The notes below the pieces were generated by a model. That model saw only the letters and a program-made list of their open reading frames with translations, made no database searches and was not told where the DNA came from. A program made the position numbers and the translations under genes. From NCBI GenBank assembly GCA_049967475.1, contig JBMFSQ010000004.1, positions 20,017 to 84,016 of the forward strand: DNA of 64,000 bases, given 5' to 3'. The stretch is from Chthonomonadales bacterium (GTDB taxonomy: Bacteria > Armatimonadota > Chthonomonadetes > Chthonomonadales > CAJBBX01). Shown here in pieces: positions 37,763-48,312 of the stretch (positions within the stretch are counted from its first letter, which is position 1; each line of letters begins with the position of its first letter).

Positions 37763-38548
37763 TCAGTGGATGATGCGTATCCGGCTGAGGGGCCAGAAAA
37801 TGACCTCAGCCTTGCCGATGACGCGGTTCCGAGGGAGCGTGCCCCAGAACCGGCTGTCGTTAGAGTTGTTGCGGTTGTCGCCCATTACGAAAAGTTGGTT
37901 GGGGCCGAGGTGCAGCGGCGTTCCCTCGGCGTAATGAGCCTGCTCGGGCTGCGGATCGTCCATGGGAGCTTTGATGCAGTAGGGGGCACCCGTACAGCTC
38001 CCGTCGGGATTCGCCACCTTCTCCATGAGGGGGCGGCCATTGAGGAATACCCGCATCTGTCCGTCCGGCGCCTTTTTGATTTCCACAGTGTCGCCCGGAG
38101 TGGCGATGAGGCGCTTGATGAGGACATTCTCGTTCTGCCCGCCGCCCATGGTGTCTGCCTTCTTCTCGGCCCTAAAGACGATGATCTCCCCGCGGCGCGG
38201 ATCCCGCAACCGGTAAATGAGCTTGTTTACGAAGATGTGATCGTGGATGGACGTGGGGTAATCCGTATTCGTTGCCGGGTTATACCCCGCATCGTGCCCC
38301 ATGAGGGTCGGTTCCATAGACTCCGATGGGATGTAGAACGCCTGCACGAAGAAGGGCCGCACGATCAGGAATACAAGGACGGCGGCGATGATTAGGGATT
38401 CCGCCAGTTCTGCGACGGATCGAGCGAGCTGGGCTTCGCTGGGAACAAGCGCCAGTCGGACCAGCGTCAGTACAAAGGCTGCCAGTACCACGTAACCGAT
38501 GCTAAGGTTCGCGAGCCACTCAGTGGCGCCCACTTCCTGAGGATGCAT
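37763..38548 (-). CDS. lepB: Signal peptidase I
   Basis: IPSESMEPTL, IKRLIATPGD and GDNRNNSNDSRFWG. Confidence 0.95.
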   Translation of the reverse strand: MHPQEVGATEWLANLSIGYVVLAAFVLTLVRLALVPSEAQLARSVAELAESLIIAAVLVFLIVRPFFVQAFYIPSESMEPTLMGHDAGYNPATNTDYPTSIHDHIFVNKLIYRLRDPRRGEIIVFRAEKKADTMGGGQNENVLIKRLIATPGDTVEIKKAPDGQMRVFLNGRPLMEKVANPDGSCTGAPYCIKAPMDDPQPEQAHYAEGTPLHLGPNQLFVMGDNRNNSNDSRFWGTLPRNRVIGKAEVIFWPLSRIRIIH

Positions 38549-38569
38549 GAGGTACGCACGTCCTTCCTT

Positions 38570-38926
38570 TTATTGTCTGGCAGCCCGGTCTTCCTTGATG
38601 CGTGCCTTTTTGCCGACTACGTTGCGCAGGTAGTAGAGCTTGGCTCGCCGCACCTTGCCCCGCCGCACCACTTCGATGCGCTCAATGCGCGGCGAGTGAA
38701 GGAGGTAGGTGCGCTCCACGCCGACCTGGTGCGAGATCTTGCGTACGGTAAAGTGCGTCCGACTGAGCGTGCCGCCCATCGCGATGACAACGCCTTCGAA
38801 TACCTGGATGCGTTCCTTGCCGCCTTCCACCACCTTGGCGTGAACGCGAACGGTGTCGCCGGCCCGGAATTCCGGGACTTCGGCTTTCATCTGGCTACGC
38901 TCCAATTCCGATATCACATCAGCCAT
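38570..38926 (-). CDS. rplS: 50S ribosomal protein L19
   Basis: [19 protein letters not shown] and [12 protein letters not shown]. Confidence 0.98.
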   Translation of the reverse strand: MADVISELERSQMKAEVPEFRAGDTVRVHAKVVEGGKERIQVFEGVVIAMGGTLSRTHFTVRKISHQVGVERTYLLHSPRIERIEVVRRGKVRRAKLYYLRNVVGKKARIKEDRAARQ

Positions 38927-38997
38927 GTTCCTTCATCCTTTCTAGTTGAGCTGTTGAGGAGCCTCTTCTGCGCTTCGGCGCCGGGAGAGCATTTCCG

Positions 38998-39741
38998 TTA
39001 GGGGTTTGCCTCATCGAGTGGTTCCCCGCTTTCGAGTAGTTGCACGTCTTCCGGAGTGGGTCTAAAGCTCCTCCAAAGGTCCGGTCGTCGTTCCTGCGTG
39101 CGCACGAGTTGGTGCCACCTACGCCACTTGCGGATGCGCTCATGATGGCCGCAGAAGAGGATCTCCGGAACCTTCCAGCCGCGAAAGTCTCGCGGGAGAG
39201 TGTATTGTGGGTACTCGAGCAATCCCTCCGAAAAACTGTCTTGACCCGGTGCATCGGCATTGCCCAGCGCGCCCGGCAGGAGGCGTACGACGGCATCCAT
39301 CATGACGAGGGCAGGAAGTTCTCCGCCGCTCAGCACGTAATCCCCGATGGAGAGTTCGTCCGTTGCGAGGTATCGGCGGACGCGCTCATCCACGCCTTCG
39401 TAGCGACCGCATAGAAAGATGAGATGTGCCTCCTGCGCAAGCTCCTTTGCCTTCGCCTGATTGAAAACGGTGCCCTGTGGATCCGTCAAGATGATGCGTG
39501 CCGGGTTTCCCGGTTGTTGCAGGTCTTCTACGGCCCGAAAGAGCGGTTCGGGCTTCATGATCATTCCTCCCCCGCCGCCGCAGGGTTTGTCATCGGTTGT
39601 ACGATGGCGGTCTGTAGCGTAGTCGCGCAAATTCACTACGCGCAACTGCACGAGGCCGGCGGCTAACGCCCGGCCCATGATACCGTGCCCCACCGCTCCG
39701 TCCACCAGCTGCGGAAAGATCGTGACGACGTCAATCCGCAT
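38998..39741 (-). CDS. trmD: tRNA (guanine37-N1)-methyltransferase
   Basis: [21 protein letters not shown] and LLEYPQYT. Confidence 0.97.
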   Translation of the reverse strand: MRIDVVTIFPQLVDGAVGHGIMGRALAAGLVQLRVVNLRDYATDRHRTTDDKPCGGGGGMIMKPEPLFRAVEDLQQPGNPARIILTDPQGTVFNQAKAKELAQEAHLIFLCGRYEGVDERVRRYLATDELSIGDYVLSGGELPALVMMDAVVRLLPGALGNADAPGQDSFSEGLLEYPQYTLPRDFRGWKVPEILFCGHHERIRKWRRWHQLVRTQERRPDLWRSFRPTPEDVQLLESGEPLDEANP

Positions 39742-40264
39742 CCCCGGGCTCCGCCGCATCCTCCGGGAGCAGCCCCTGGGGCGGCGCCACGACGATGCGC
39801 CGATCCGTCAGGTTCACTTCGCGAATGAACTCTTTCACCGCAGGGATGAGTATCTCTCCTATGCGGAAAAGGTCTTGCGCCGGATAGGGCAGCACTTCTT
39901 CCAGCACCCCTAGGCGCCGGCCGCTTGCGGTTACGACCTCCATGCCCACCAAGTCTGCCACATAGTATTCGTCTGTCCCGAGGGGTTCCGCCTGGGTGCG
40001 CATCACTTGGATGCGGGCGCCGCGCCACTCCTCAGCCTGGTTGATACTCTCCAGCCCCTCCAGCTTGAGCACGGCGCCGGCTTTGTGAGGGCGAACGCTC
40101 TCAACGGCGAAAAGTCGTGCCACACCCTGGGTATTGCGCAGGCACACTTGTGTGAGGCGCGCGAAACGTTCCGGAAAGTCCGTGTCGTAACGGATGCGCA
40201 CTTCACCTGCTCGGCCGAAGGGTGCTATTATCGTACCGATCGTCCAATTCCATTCGTCGAGCAT
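39731..40264 (-). CDS. rimM: 16S rRNA processing protein RimM
   Basis: [19 protein letters not shown] and LIPAVKEFI; conserved position between khpA and trmD. Confidence 0.93.
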   Translation of the reverse strand: MLDEWNWTIGTIIAPFGRAGEVRIRYDTDFPERFARLTQVCLRNTQGVARLFAVESVRPHKAGAVLKLEGLESINQAEEWRGARIQVMRTQAEPLGTDEYYVADLVGMEVVTASGRRLGVLEEVLPYPAQDLFRIGEILIPAVKEFIREVNLTDRRIVVAPPQGLLPEDAAEPGDAD

Positions 40265-40289
40265 GGCCGTAATTCCGGGGAGCAGGTTC

Positions 40290-40544
40290 CTAAGGTATGA
40301 TCTCCACGTATACCTTTCGTTTCTCCTTCATGGCCACGGCTTTGGCGACAGTACGCAGGGCATTGGCGATGCGGCCTTGTTTGCCGATGACTTTGCCCAG
40401 ATCCTGCGCCGCCACGCGGACCTCGTAGGTCACCACTCCTTCTCCCGGCACTTCCGTGATATGTACCTGTTCAGGTTGATCTACGAGTTCCTGAACTACG
40501 AATCGGATAAACGCCAAGAGCGACGGTTCCTCTGCTGCGGCCAT
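40290..40544 (-). CDS. khpA: KH-domain RNA-binding protein (KhpA/YlqC)
   Basis: DLGKVIGKQGRIANALR (GxxG motif). Confidence 0.93.
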   Translation of the reverse strand: MAAAEEPSLLAFIRFVVQELVDQPEQVHITEVPGEGVVTYEVRVAAQDLGKVIGKQGRIANALRTVAKAVAMKEKRKVYVEIIP

Positions 40545-40558
40545 GGTCTTCCCCGTTC

Positions 40559-40837
40559 CTATTCGCTGGATGCTTCACTCTGCCCTTCGAGCATGCCGAG
40601 GATGCCTTCACGCTTCAGCAGGGCGCGCGCGATGTCTGTAGGTTGAGCACCGTTTCTGAGCCACCTGAGGGCCTTTTCCTTGTCTATCTTGACTGTTGGC
40701 GGATCCGTATTGGGATCGTAGTGCCCCAGCATGTCTATAAAGCGACCATCCCGCGGGCTGGTGCTATTCGCCACTACTACACGATAAAAGGGGCGCTTTT
40801 TGGCGCCCATACGCCTCAACCGTATCTTGACCGGCAC
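40559..40837 (-). CDS. rpsP: 30S ribosomal protein S16
   Basis: [21 protein letters not shown]...PRDGRFI and GAQPTD; GTG at 40837 with an AGGAGG SD. Confidence 0.98.
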   Translation of the reverse strand: MPVKIRLRRMGAKKRPFYRVVVANSTSPRDGRFIDMLGHYDPNTDPPTVKIDKEKALRWLRNGAQPTDIARALLKREGILGMLEGQSEASSE

Positions 40838-40904
40838 GTGCCAACCTCCTCTTTTCTTTTTGCCGCACGGGACCGCCCCGAAGCGGCCCGCTCTTCGACG
40901 CAAC

Positions 40905-42227
40905 CTAGAACGGCAAGCGCAATTTGCGGCGTGGGCGCTTGCCGCCGCCGCCAGTAATCTGATGGACGATCTGGCGCATGAGTTCGAACTGCCGCAGAAA
41001 TTGGTTCACTTCTTGTACCGTGACGCCGCTGCCCAGGGCGATGCGCCGCTTGCGGCTGCCGTTGAGGATGCTGGGATCGCTCCGCTCCTCGGGCGTCATA
41101 GCGCGAACCATGGCCTCGTGGCGTGCCAGTTGGCGCTCGTCCACTTGCACTCCTTTGAGGCGGTTCATCCCCGGCAACATGCTCAGAACCTGCTCCATGG
41201 GGCCCATGCGCCGCATCTGTTGAAGCTGTTCCAGGAAGTCATTCAAGTCGAAACGGTTCTCGCGGAGCCTTCGCTCGAGTTCTGCAGCTTTCTTCTGGTC
41301 CAGTGCTTGCTCGGCCTTCTCGATCAGGGAAAGGACATCCCCCATGCCCAGGATGCGCGACGCCATGCGGTCGGGATGGAAAACGTCCAGGGCATCCATC
41401 TTCTCACCCACGCCGATGAATTTGATGGGCACCCCCGTTACTGCCCGGATGGAAAGCGCGGCTCCCCCACGGGCATCCCCATCGAGCTTGGTCATGATAA
41501 AGCCGTCTACCGCAACGCGGTTCTGAAATTCCTGGGCGAAATTCACGGCATCCTGACCAGTCATGGCGTCCACCACGAGGAGGGTTTCCTCGGGATGCAC
41601 GGCGGCCTTCACTTGTTCCAGCTCGGCCATCATCTCATCATTGATGTGGAGGCGGCCGGCTGTGTCGAGCACGACCACATCGCAGCCTGAGCGCTTTGCG
41701 ACGCCGACCGCTTCTTGCGCGATGGCCGGAGGCGCCACTCCATCGGGCGCAATGTACACGGGGATGCCCAGTTGCTGACCCAATACCTGAAGTTGGCGCA
41801 CTGCTGCCGGCCGGTATACGTCGCAGGCCACGAGGAGCGGGTTGCGACCCTGCCGGCGGCACCACAGGGCGAGCTTCCCGGCAGTTGTGGTTTTGCCTGA
41901 ACCCTGCAGGCCGCAGAGCATGATGACGCTGGGGGGATTGGGAGCAAACCTGATGGGTGCTCCTTCGCCGAGCAGGCCGATCAGCTCTTCGTGGAGGATC
42001 TTCACGACCATTTGGGCCGGCGTGAGGCTCTCCAGAACTTCCTGACCCACGGCGCGTTCACGCACTCGGCCGACGAAGTCCTTCACAACTTTGAAGTTTA
42101 CGTCCGCCTCGAGAAGCGCGAGACGAACCTCGCGCAGCGCCTCGGCGACGTCCGCCTCCGTAAGACGACCGCGCCCCCGGAGTTGTGTGAAGATCCTCGA
42201 AAGCTTGTCGGTAAGGTTGTCGAACAT
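40905..42227 (-). CDS. ffh: Signal recognition particle protein
   Basis: [35 protein letters not shown] and an M-domain [11 protein letters not shown]. Confidence 0.98.
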   Translation of the reverse strand: MFDNLTDKLSRIFTQLRGRGRLTEADVAEALREVRLALLEADVNFKVVKDFVGRVRERAVGQEVLESLTPAQMVVKILHEELIGLLGEGAPIRFAPNPPSVIMLCGLQGSGKTTTAGKLALWCRRQGRNPLLVACDVYRPAAVRQLQVLGQQLGIPVYIAPDGVAPPAIAQEAVGVAKRSGCDVVVLDTAGRLHINDEMMAELEQVKAAVHPEETLLVVDAMTGQDAVNFAQEFQNRVAVDGFIMTKLDGDARGGAALSIRAVTGVPIKFIGVGEKMDALDVFHPDRMASRILGMGDVLSLIEKAEQALDQKKAAELERRLRENRFDLNDFLEQLQQMRRMGPMEQVLSMLPGMNRLKGVQVDERQLARHEAMVRAMTPEERSDPSILNGSRKRRIALGSGVTVQEVNQFLRQFELMRQIVHQITGGGGKRPRRKLRLPF

Positions 42228-42370
42228 ATGTGCGCTCGTGCGGGCGGATGCACCAACAGCGGACGACGAACGAGGGAACGGGTGAACGTTCCGGCGTCCA
42301 TCCTCCGGTTGCAAGGAAACCCAGATTTGGAAGCGCGGCTTGCCGTAACGGTATCGGCGCGAACCGGGCT

Positions 42371-42400
42371 AGTATACCGCGTGCCGGCGGCGAAGGTCAA
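42371..42400 (-). promoter_or_regulatory. ffh operon promoter
   Basis: TTGACC-18 bp-TATACT on the minus strand; the -35 overlaps the upstream gene's stop codon. Confidence 0.7.
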
Positions 42401-43176
42401 CGACGGGCTGGGGGAGGAACCACGTTGGTGGACTCCAGATCCCACGTAACGGCAAAGTGGCTGGTGCTGTCAATTGGGAATTCGGCTACGGAGCGTACGG
42501 GTAGCCCGACTTCTGGCGCGAAGTACCACGTGTTGGCGGTGGGCTGACGCCCGGTGCCGAAGCGCACGCGCTTGCCCATCCAGCACACGAACTTGCCTGC
42601 GTGCGTCTTTACAACGTCCACACCATCAACGACCACGCTTCCGATTGTCTCCCACAAATCCCCGGTGCGGATCGCCGCAACGCCCACTCGGCACACATCA
42701 GCCAGCCAGTCTCCAACCCAACCCATGGCGAAGTAGAGGCCGTCCTTCCACTCTCCGGGCAAAAGTGTTGCTTCCTTGGTGTTTTGACTTCCCGGCGTCT
42801 CAGGCTGGATCACTTCGAGCGCGCCGTCTTCCTTCTGGCGGATCCACACGAGGCCGGCCACGTCCACTTTCGCATCGCCGCTCGTCTTTCCGCGCACGGT
42901 GATGAGAAGGGCCCGATCGGCCACGGCTTCCTTCTCCTGCTTCACAACGCGGAAGCGCACGTCCAGCGCGGACTTTTGGTGCATGGGCCAGGGAAAACCG
43001 TTGATGGCACCTGTGTAGTAGAGCGTGTAGGTGAACTTGTAGTTCCATTCGTCGCCTTCTTGGAAGCGATGGAGCCTCGCTTGAGGCTGAGGTTGGTCTG
43101 CCAGGGAACTGAGGGGCACAGCTAGAGCCATGAATAGGGTTGCTGCCTTCAGCACCCGTAAGCGTATGCGCTGTAT
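42397..43176 (-). CDS. Hypothetical secreted beta-rich protein (DUF3108/TapB-like pattern)
   Basis: Signal peptide ...LAVPLSSLA; GDEWNY, V.THAGKF.C and WYFAPEVGLPV; start uncertain (ATA 43176, TTG 43182 or ATG 43131). Confidence 0.65.
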   Translation of the reverse strand: MQRIRLRVLKAATLFMALAVPLSSLADQPQPQARLHRFQEGDEWNYKFTYTLYYTGAINGFPWPMHQKSALDVRFRVVKQEKEAVADRALLITVRGKTSGDAKVDVAGLVWIRQKEDGALEVIQPETPGSQNTKEATLLPGEWKDGLYFAMGWVGDWLADVCRVGVAAIRTGDLWETIGSVVVDGVDVVKTHAGKFVCWMGKRVRFGTGRQPTANTWYFAPEVGLPVRSVAEFPIDSTSHFAVTWDLESTNVVPPPARR

Positions 43177-43435
43177 CGTCAATCCTCCTTCGGAACGTAT
43201 GCTCGTACGGCTGGTCGTGTTAGCTGCGTTCACGGAATCTGATCGGGCATATCGGCTGAAACCGGAAACGGCACGCGCCGGGCGGGGGGAGCTGATGCGA
43301 AAAACCGGTAACAACGCCAGGGTCTTCGGCGGAGGTAGCGGGCATGGCGCTACATTCCGGGATGCGGCCCCGAGAAGATGCTTCGGCGCGATGGGAGGGA
43401 ACCATCCGCCGTGTGCGCCGAGGCGCCTCGGCAGC

Positions 43436-44596
43436 TCAGCCGCGACGCAGTCGGATGCGGTAAAGATGCACTTCGTAGGGATGAAATGCATCCCGGAACA
43501 TGCCGTTCTCCACCGGGATCGTGCGCCCTTCGCCGAGGGCTTCGGCTGTACCGGCCTCGTTGGTCCCGGGGATGTGAAACGTCGCCTCGGTTTCCTGGTT
43601 CCGCATCCCCACAGCGAACACGTACATACTTCCCTTGTATCGCTTGGCTACGGCAGCGATGGAGGCTGATGTGCGATCCGTTTCCGAGGGCTGAGGCAGG
43701 GGTATATCGGGGCTGTTGATGATGGGCGCCATCTTGCGGATCTCGGCGTTGAGCCTCGTTGCTGCGGCGAGCATCCTTGGATCGTCGAGAAGGGCGTGTT
43801 CGTTGAAGCGCGGCTTGAATTCGTGAACAAAGTAGATCAAGCCGCGTGATCCGTTGACGATGGCCATCCATGCCTCGGAACGAAGCTGTTCCGGCGTTAC
43901 TTTGCGCGCGCCGTTGGCGATGCGTGTGCATTCCAGGCAGTTCCACACAATCTTCCGACCACCGGTCCAACCGGCCAGCCGGGCGACGCCGGCTCCAACG
44001 TACCACAAGTAATCTTCGGGATGCGGCCGATCCAGGCCGGCGATTGGATAGATGTCGAAGGACACGATGTCGGCACCTTTCACGTACGTCTCGTAATCCC
44101 GCAGGGAGGCTCCCGGACCTCGGCCGACCCATTGCTCATTGATGACACCCTGGCCCAGGTTGAGGAGCACAGGGCGGGAAGGATCCTTCGCACGCATTGC
44201 CAGGTATTCTGCCACGACCTTCTGCGGCGGGATGCATGAACCCCATCCTTGAGCTCCGGTTTTGGCATCCGTGACGGGTTGGGCATTATCCGGTTCGTCC
44301 TGATGCATCCATCCCACGATGATGGGGTCATGGATGTGCTTGAGACCTGTTTCATTCTGCTGGCAGATTACAGGCATACCGGCTTTGGCGAGCGCGTGGA
44401 GCTGGTCTTCGGTGGGCCCTTTCCATAGTCCAATGTAAAGATTGAAGCCTGCGGCCTTGTACCGCGCGGCGTTGGCGGGGTCCTGGAGCCACACGGCGAT
44501 GGGAAAGTACCCGGGCCCAAAGGGTGGGCCGTTGCGCCACGGCGGCAAAGCGGCCAGACTGTACTGGAGGACAGTGGCCAGAAGAAGCGTGTGCAT
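43436..44596 (-). CDS. Secreted putative glycoside hydrolase (GH-A-like TIM barrel)
   Basis: GGGAGG SD; FPIAVWLQ, GWMHQDEPDNAQ, DIVSFDIYP and GSRGLIYF. Confidence 0.7.
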   Translation of the reverse strand: MHTLLLATVLQYSLAALPPWRNGPPFGPGYFPIAVWLQDPANAARYKAAGFNLYIGLWKGPTEDQLHALAKAGMPVICQQNETGLKHIHDPIIVGWMHQDEPDNAQPVTDAKTGAQGWGSCIPPQKVVAEYLAMRAKDPSRPVLLNLGQGVINEQWVGRGPGASLRDYETYVKGADIVSFDIYPIAGLDRPHPEDYLWYVGAGVARLAGWTGGRKIVWNCLECTRIANGARKVTPEQLRSEAWMAIVNGSRGLIYFVHEFKPRFNEHALLDDPRMLAAATRLNAEIRKMAPIINSPDIPLPQPSETDRTSASIAAVAKRYKGSMYVFAVGMRNQETEATFHIPGTNEAGTAEALGEGRTIPVENGMFRDAFHPYEVHLYRIRLRRG

Positions 44597-44928
44597 GGAT
44601 CGAGCCTCCCCAACAGGAGCCGTTCGAGCGGAAGCAAAGCGGGTCTCGGTCTGCCGCACCCGTTCCGCTTCGCTCCCGGACGGTGCAATTGTATTACGAT
44701 GCGCCTGCTTCGTCAACGGATTATCCGTTCCCGAGGTATGGGATCTTGGCACCGCAGGCAGGGTGCAGGCCGAGCCTCCCGACACAGACCTTGCCTAAGA
44801 CCGGATCTTTGGGACTTCCCTGCTGTAACGGACCATCGCACGTGCGGATATGCGCCGCCTGTACCGTTGGTATGATGAACGCAGAACTGTGCTCATCACG
44901 GCATGGCTCGGAGGGCGGAGGGGCGACA

Positions 44929-45471
44929 ATGGTGCAGATGATGGCCTTGTGCGTGCTCGGGGCTTTGGGCGGCGGGCCGTACCGGGTTGGTCATGGCGAG
45001 TTGGTTCGAAAGGTTCTCAGCCCGGATCGGCGGTTCCTTGCCAAGATCATAACGGTGTCCCCTGCGGACCACCACCCTGGCGTGGAGAGTTGCGTGGAGA
45101 TCTGGAACCAGGCAGGCCGCATCGTGGCGCGCCGAAGCTACGCATCGTGGGATGGAGAGCACGGATATGGCGTGGCGCAAGCCGCTTGGACGCAGAACTC
45201 TCGCATCTTTGTCTGGAGGCTCGAAAGCTCGGGCGGCCACTCTCCATGGCATTCTCCTATAGACTTTTGGGCCAGGCGAAGGAACCGCATCTACTCCTTG
45301 GACGGCCTGGTTCACGACGCCGTGATTGCCCATCCCTTCACGCTCAACGGGCCAGACCGCATCACGTTGCGCCTCAAGGGCAAAACGGTGATCGAAGGCA
45401 CGCCGTGCACGCTCGGGTTGGAGAAACTGCTTCGGGCGAGCCGCGAGGGGCGGGTCTCGGGACAGCAATGA
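44929..45471 (+). CDS. Hypothetical secreted protein
   Basis: GGAGG SD; hydrophobic N-terminus; SPD/WT..S beta-propeller-like blades. Confidence 0.6.
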   Translation: MVQMMALCVLGALGGGPYRVGHGELVRKVLSPDRRFLAKIITVSPADHHPGVESCVEIWNQAGRIVARRSYASWDGEHGYGVAQAAWTQNSRIFVWRLESSGGHSPWHSPIDFWARRRNRIYSLDGLVHDAVIAHPFTLNGPDRITLRLKGKTVIEGTPCTLGLEKLLRASREGRVSGQQ

Positions 45472-45663
45472 AACAATGGGGTGCGGGCGTTTGATGAGTA
45501 CCCAGCGATGGGATAGGAGATCGGGCGGAGTGGACACGCTCCCGCCCTATCAGAAAGCATGAGTCTGTTGCGGAGGGCTGTTGTGATGGCGGGTAGTACT
45601 GGAGAATGTTGGCCCGTGACCATCTTCCTATACGTGCGCCCGGTCGTCGCCCATCTAACAGAA

Positions 45664-45690
45664 GTGTTCCAAGGAACACATGGGTATAAT
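45664..45690 (+). promoter_or_regulatory. nuo operon -10 box with an upstream operator-like inverted repeat
   Basis: GTGTTCC-AA-GGAACAC (45664-45679), then TATAAT (45685-45690). Confidence 0.6.
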
Positions 45691-45754
45691 CTTGGGCGAA
45701 CGCGAAGACTTGCCGGCAAGGTGACGGGCATCCCGGCGGAGCTGTGACCTAGGT

Positions 45755-46108
45755 ATGGAGAATTACCTTACAATCCTCGTGTTTGCTGTGGTAGGGGCGG
45801 CCTTCGTGGGGGTGTCCCTCTTCGCCGCACGGTTGCTGAGCCCTGCGGCCCCCAATCCCGAGAAGCTCGAAACGTACGAATGCGGGCCTCTGCCGTTTGG
45901 TGAGGCGTGGCAGCAGTTCAACATGCACTACTATCTGTTTGCGCTGCTGTTCGTCGTCTTCGACGTGGAGGCTGCGTTTTTGTACCCGTGGGCACTGGCC
46001 TTCAAATCGCTGGGCGCCTACGCTGTTGCTGAAATGATCCTCTTCGTAGCCCTTCTGGCAGCCGGGTTGGTATACGCGTGGCGCAGGGGAGCCTTGGAAT
46101 GGGAATGA
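45755..46108 (+). CDS. nuoA: NADH-quinone oxidoreductase subunit A
   Basis: YECG, FVVFDVE and GALEW. Confidence 0.96.
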   Translation: MENYLTILVFAVVGAAFVGVSLFAARLLSPAAPNPEKLETYECGPLPFGEAWQQFNMHYYLFALLFVVFDVEAAFLYPWALAFKSLGAYAVAEMILFVALLAAGLVYAWRRGALEWE

Positions 46109-46662
46109 AGGGTCCAAAGCTGACACAAGAGGAAATAGACACCTGGAGGGTACCTATTCCAGGCGGAGCAGTGATCCTAGCTCCTGTAGATCGCCTGGCG
46201 CAGTGGGCGCGGAAGTCCTCCCTGTGGTCCCTCACTTTTGGGCTTTCGTGTTGCGCCATCGAGATGATGGCCACAGCAGCCCCGCGCTTCGATCTGGATC
46301 GCTTCGGGATGATCTTCAGGGCGACGCCTCGTCAGGCCGACGTGATGATCGTGGCAGGGTGGGTGTCTGTAAAGATGGCTCCCTTCATCAAGCGTTTGTA
46401 CGATCAGATGCCCGAGCCGAAATACGTCATCGCCATGGGCGGATGCGCTTCTGCGGGCGGTCCTTACAGGGACAGCATCACCATCGTAAAGGGTGTGGAC
46501 CGCTTTGTTCCGGTAGACGTGTACGTTTATGGGTGCCCGCCTCGGCCCGAGAACCTCATCAACGGCATTCTGAAGCTTCAAGAGAAGATCATGTCGGAGC
46601 GTGCGATGACGCGCTCCGGCCGGCCCGTCAAGCGGGGCGAACCCATCGTCATCGAGGGGTGA
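46105..46662 (+). CDS. nuoB: NADH-quinone oxidoreductase subunit B
   Basis: [19 protein letters not shown] and GCPPRPE; ATGA overlap with nuoA. Confidence 0.97.
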   Translation: MKGPKLTQEEIDTWRVPIPGGAVILAPVDRLAQWARKSSLWSLTFGLSCCAIEMMATAAPRFDLDRFGMIFRATPRQADVMIVAGWVSVKMAPFIKRLYDQMPEPKYVIAMGGCASAGGPYRDSITIVKGVDRFVPVDVYVYGCPPRPENLINGILKLQEKIMSERAMTRSGRPVKRGEPIVIEG

Positions 46663-46708
46663 TGGCGATTGCGACACAGCAGGGGCAGGGGCGTTGCAGG
46701 TGGAAGCC

Positions 46709-47197
46709 ATGGACGAAATAGCCGACATCGAGCGGATATTGGGGCCTTCCGTTGAAAGCGTGTGGGTTCGTGGCGGCGTGCCGGGGGTAGAGGTCAAACC
46801 TGAGGACCTTCCGAATGTGGCAAGGCGCCTGCGGGAGCATCCGAACCTCCAATTCGACTACCCGGCGGATCTTGCCTGTTACGACACCGGAAGCGCTCTG
46901 GTGCTCTGGTATCGGCTGTATTCCATGGACCACAACCGGACGGTCGTCATGCGCGTTACCCTTGATCGGGAGGATCCTCGGGTGCCCAGCCTCACTGCCG
47001 TTTGGCCGGGACTCAACTGGCACGAGCGGGAGTGCTTCGACTTGTATGGTGTGCGCTTCGAGGGGCATCCTGACGGCGAGGACCCTGCAGTCTTGCGTAT
47101 TCTCCTTCCCGAAGATTGGGAGGGGCATCCGTTCCGCAAAGATTACCAGCCTGTCTTCACCGGGGATCCCCTTCACGGGCCGCAGGAGCGTAACTGA
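46709..47197 (+). CDS. nuoC: NADH-quinone oxidoreductase subunit C
   Basis: WHERECFDLYG..FEGHP and W.GHPFRKDY. Confidence 0.95.
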   Translation: MDEIADIERILGPSVESVWVRGGVPGVEVKPEDLPNVARRLREHPNLQFDYPADLACYDTGSALVLWYRLYSMDHNRTVVMRVTLDREDPRVPSLTAVWPGLNWHERECFDLYGVRFEGHPDGEDPAVLRILLPEDWEGHPFRKDYQPVFTGDPLHGPQERN

Positions 47198-48312
47198 TGC
47201 CGATCACCACCACCGAAATCTCCAGCGCCGGGATGACGGTGAACATGGGACCCCAGCACCCTTCGACCCATGGAGTGCTGAGGCTCGTGGTTCAATTGGA
47301 CGGAGAAGTAGTGGTAAGCTGCCGGCCCATCATTGGGTACTTGCATCGCGGCCTCGAAAAGATGATGGAGGCCAGGCGGTATGTGCAGAACGTTCCGTTT
47401 ACGGATCGGCTGGACTATCTTTCGTCCCTCAACTGCAACCTCGCCATATCCCAGGCCATTGAGCGCATCGGGGGGTTGGAGGTTCCCGAGCGCGCTCAGT
47501 ACATCCGCGTTTTGCTGTGTGAACTCAATCGTCTCGCGAGCCACCTTGTATTTCTGGGGACGTTCGCCACGGACGTAGGAGCCACCACGGTATTCCTCTA
47601 TGCTTTCCGTGAGCGGGAACTTATCCTTGATCTTTTGGAGGCCATGACGGGAGCTCGTCTTACGTACAATTGGATCCGCCCAGGAGGTGTCGCTGCGGAC
47701 TTGCCGGACGGGTTCGCCGAGCGGACGCGGGCGTTCCTGAGAACCTTTTTGCCTGCGCTCAATGACAACGACCGCCTTCTGACGGGCAACCGGGTATTCC
47801 GCGCGCGTTGTGAGGGCATCGGGGTGATTTCTCGGGAGATGGCCATTGCCTACGGCGCCTCCGGGCCGGTGGCACGAGGCTCCGGCTTGGACTTCGACAT
47901 TCGCAAGCGGGAGCCCTACGACGTGTACGATCGCGTGGAATTCGACGTTCCCGTATTTTATGAGGGAGACTGCATGGCGCGATACCGCGTGCGCATCGAG
48001 GAGATGCGCCAGAGTGTGCGCATCATCGAACAGTGCCTGCGCGACATGCCCGGGGGGGAAGTGTCTACGAAGCTCCCGAAGATCTTCAAGCCCCCGGCCG
48101 GGGAGGCCTATTCGCGAACGGAATCGCCCCGTGGGGAACTGAGCTTCTTCATGGTGAGCGACGGCGGGCAGAACCCGTTGCGGGTGCACGTCCGTGCGCC
48201 GTCGTTCGTTCACCTGAGCCTTCTTCCCGAGCTGTTGCAGGGAGTGAAGGTTGCCGACGTTATTGCCATCCTTGGGAGCCTGGACACGGTGCTGGGAGAA
48301 GTGGACCGATGA
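47197..48312 (+). CDS. nuoD: NADH-quinone oxidoreductase subunit D
   Basis: NMGPQHPSTHGVLRL, GYLHRG.EK, DRLDY and GEVDR. Confidence 0.97.
   Translation: MPITTTEISSAGMTVNMGPQHPSTHGVLRLVVQLDGEVVVSCRPIIGYLHRGLEKMMEARRYVQNVPFTDRLDYLSSLNCNLAISQAIERIGGLEVPERAQYIRVLLCELNRLASHLVFLGTFATDVGATTVFLYAFRERELILDLLEAMTGARLTYNWIRPGGVAADLPDGFAERTRAFLRTFLPALNDNDRLLTGNRVFRARCEGIGVISREMAIAYGASGPVARGSGLDFDIRKREPYDVYDRVEFDVPVFYEGDCMARYRVRIEEMRQSVRIIEQCLRDMPGGEVSTKLPKIFKPPAGEAYSRTESPRGELSFFMVSDGGQNPLRVHVRAPSFVHLSLLPELLQGVKVADVIAILGSLDTVLGEVDR

Noticed and set aside
42228..42396. SRP (4.5S) RNA next to ffh
   Set aside because: The conserved helix-8 motif (CAGG...GGAA...AGCAG) was not found on either strand.
45680..45724. 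14-codon uORF (MGIILGEREDLPAR) before nuoA
   Set aside because: It begins upstream of and spans the TATAAT box, so it would not be on the predicted transcript.
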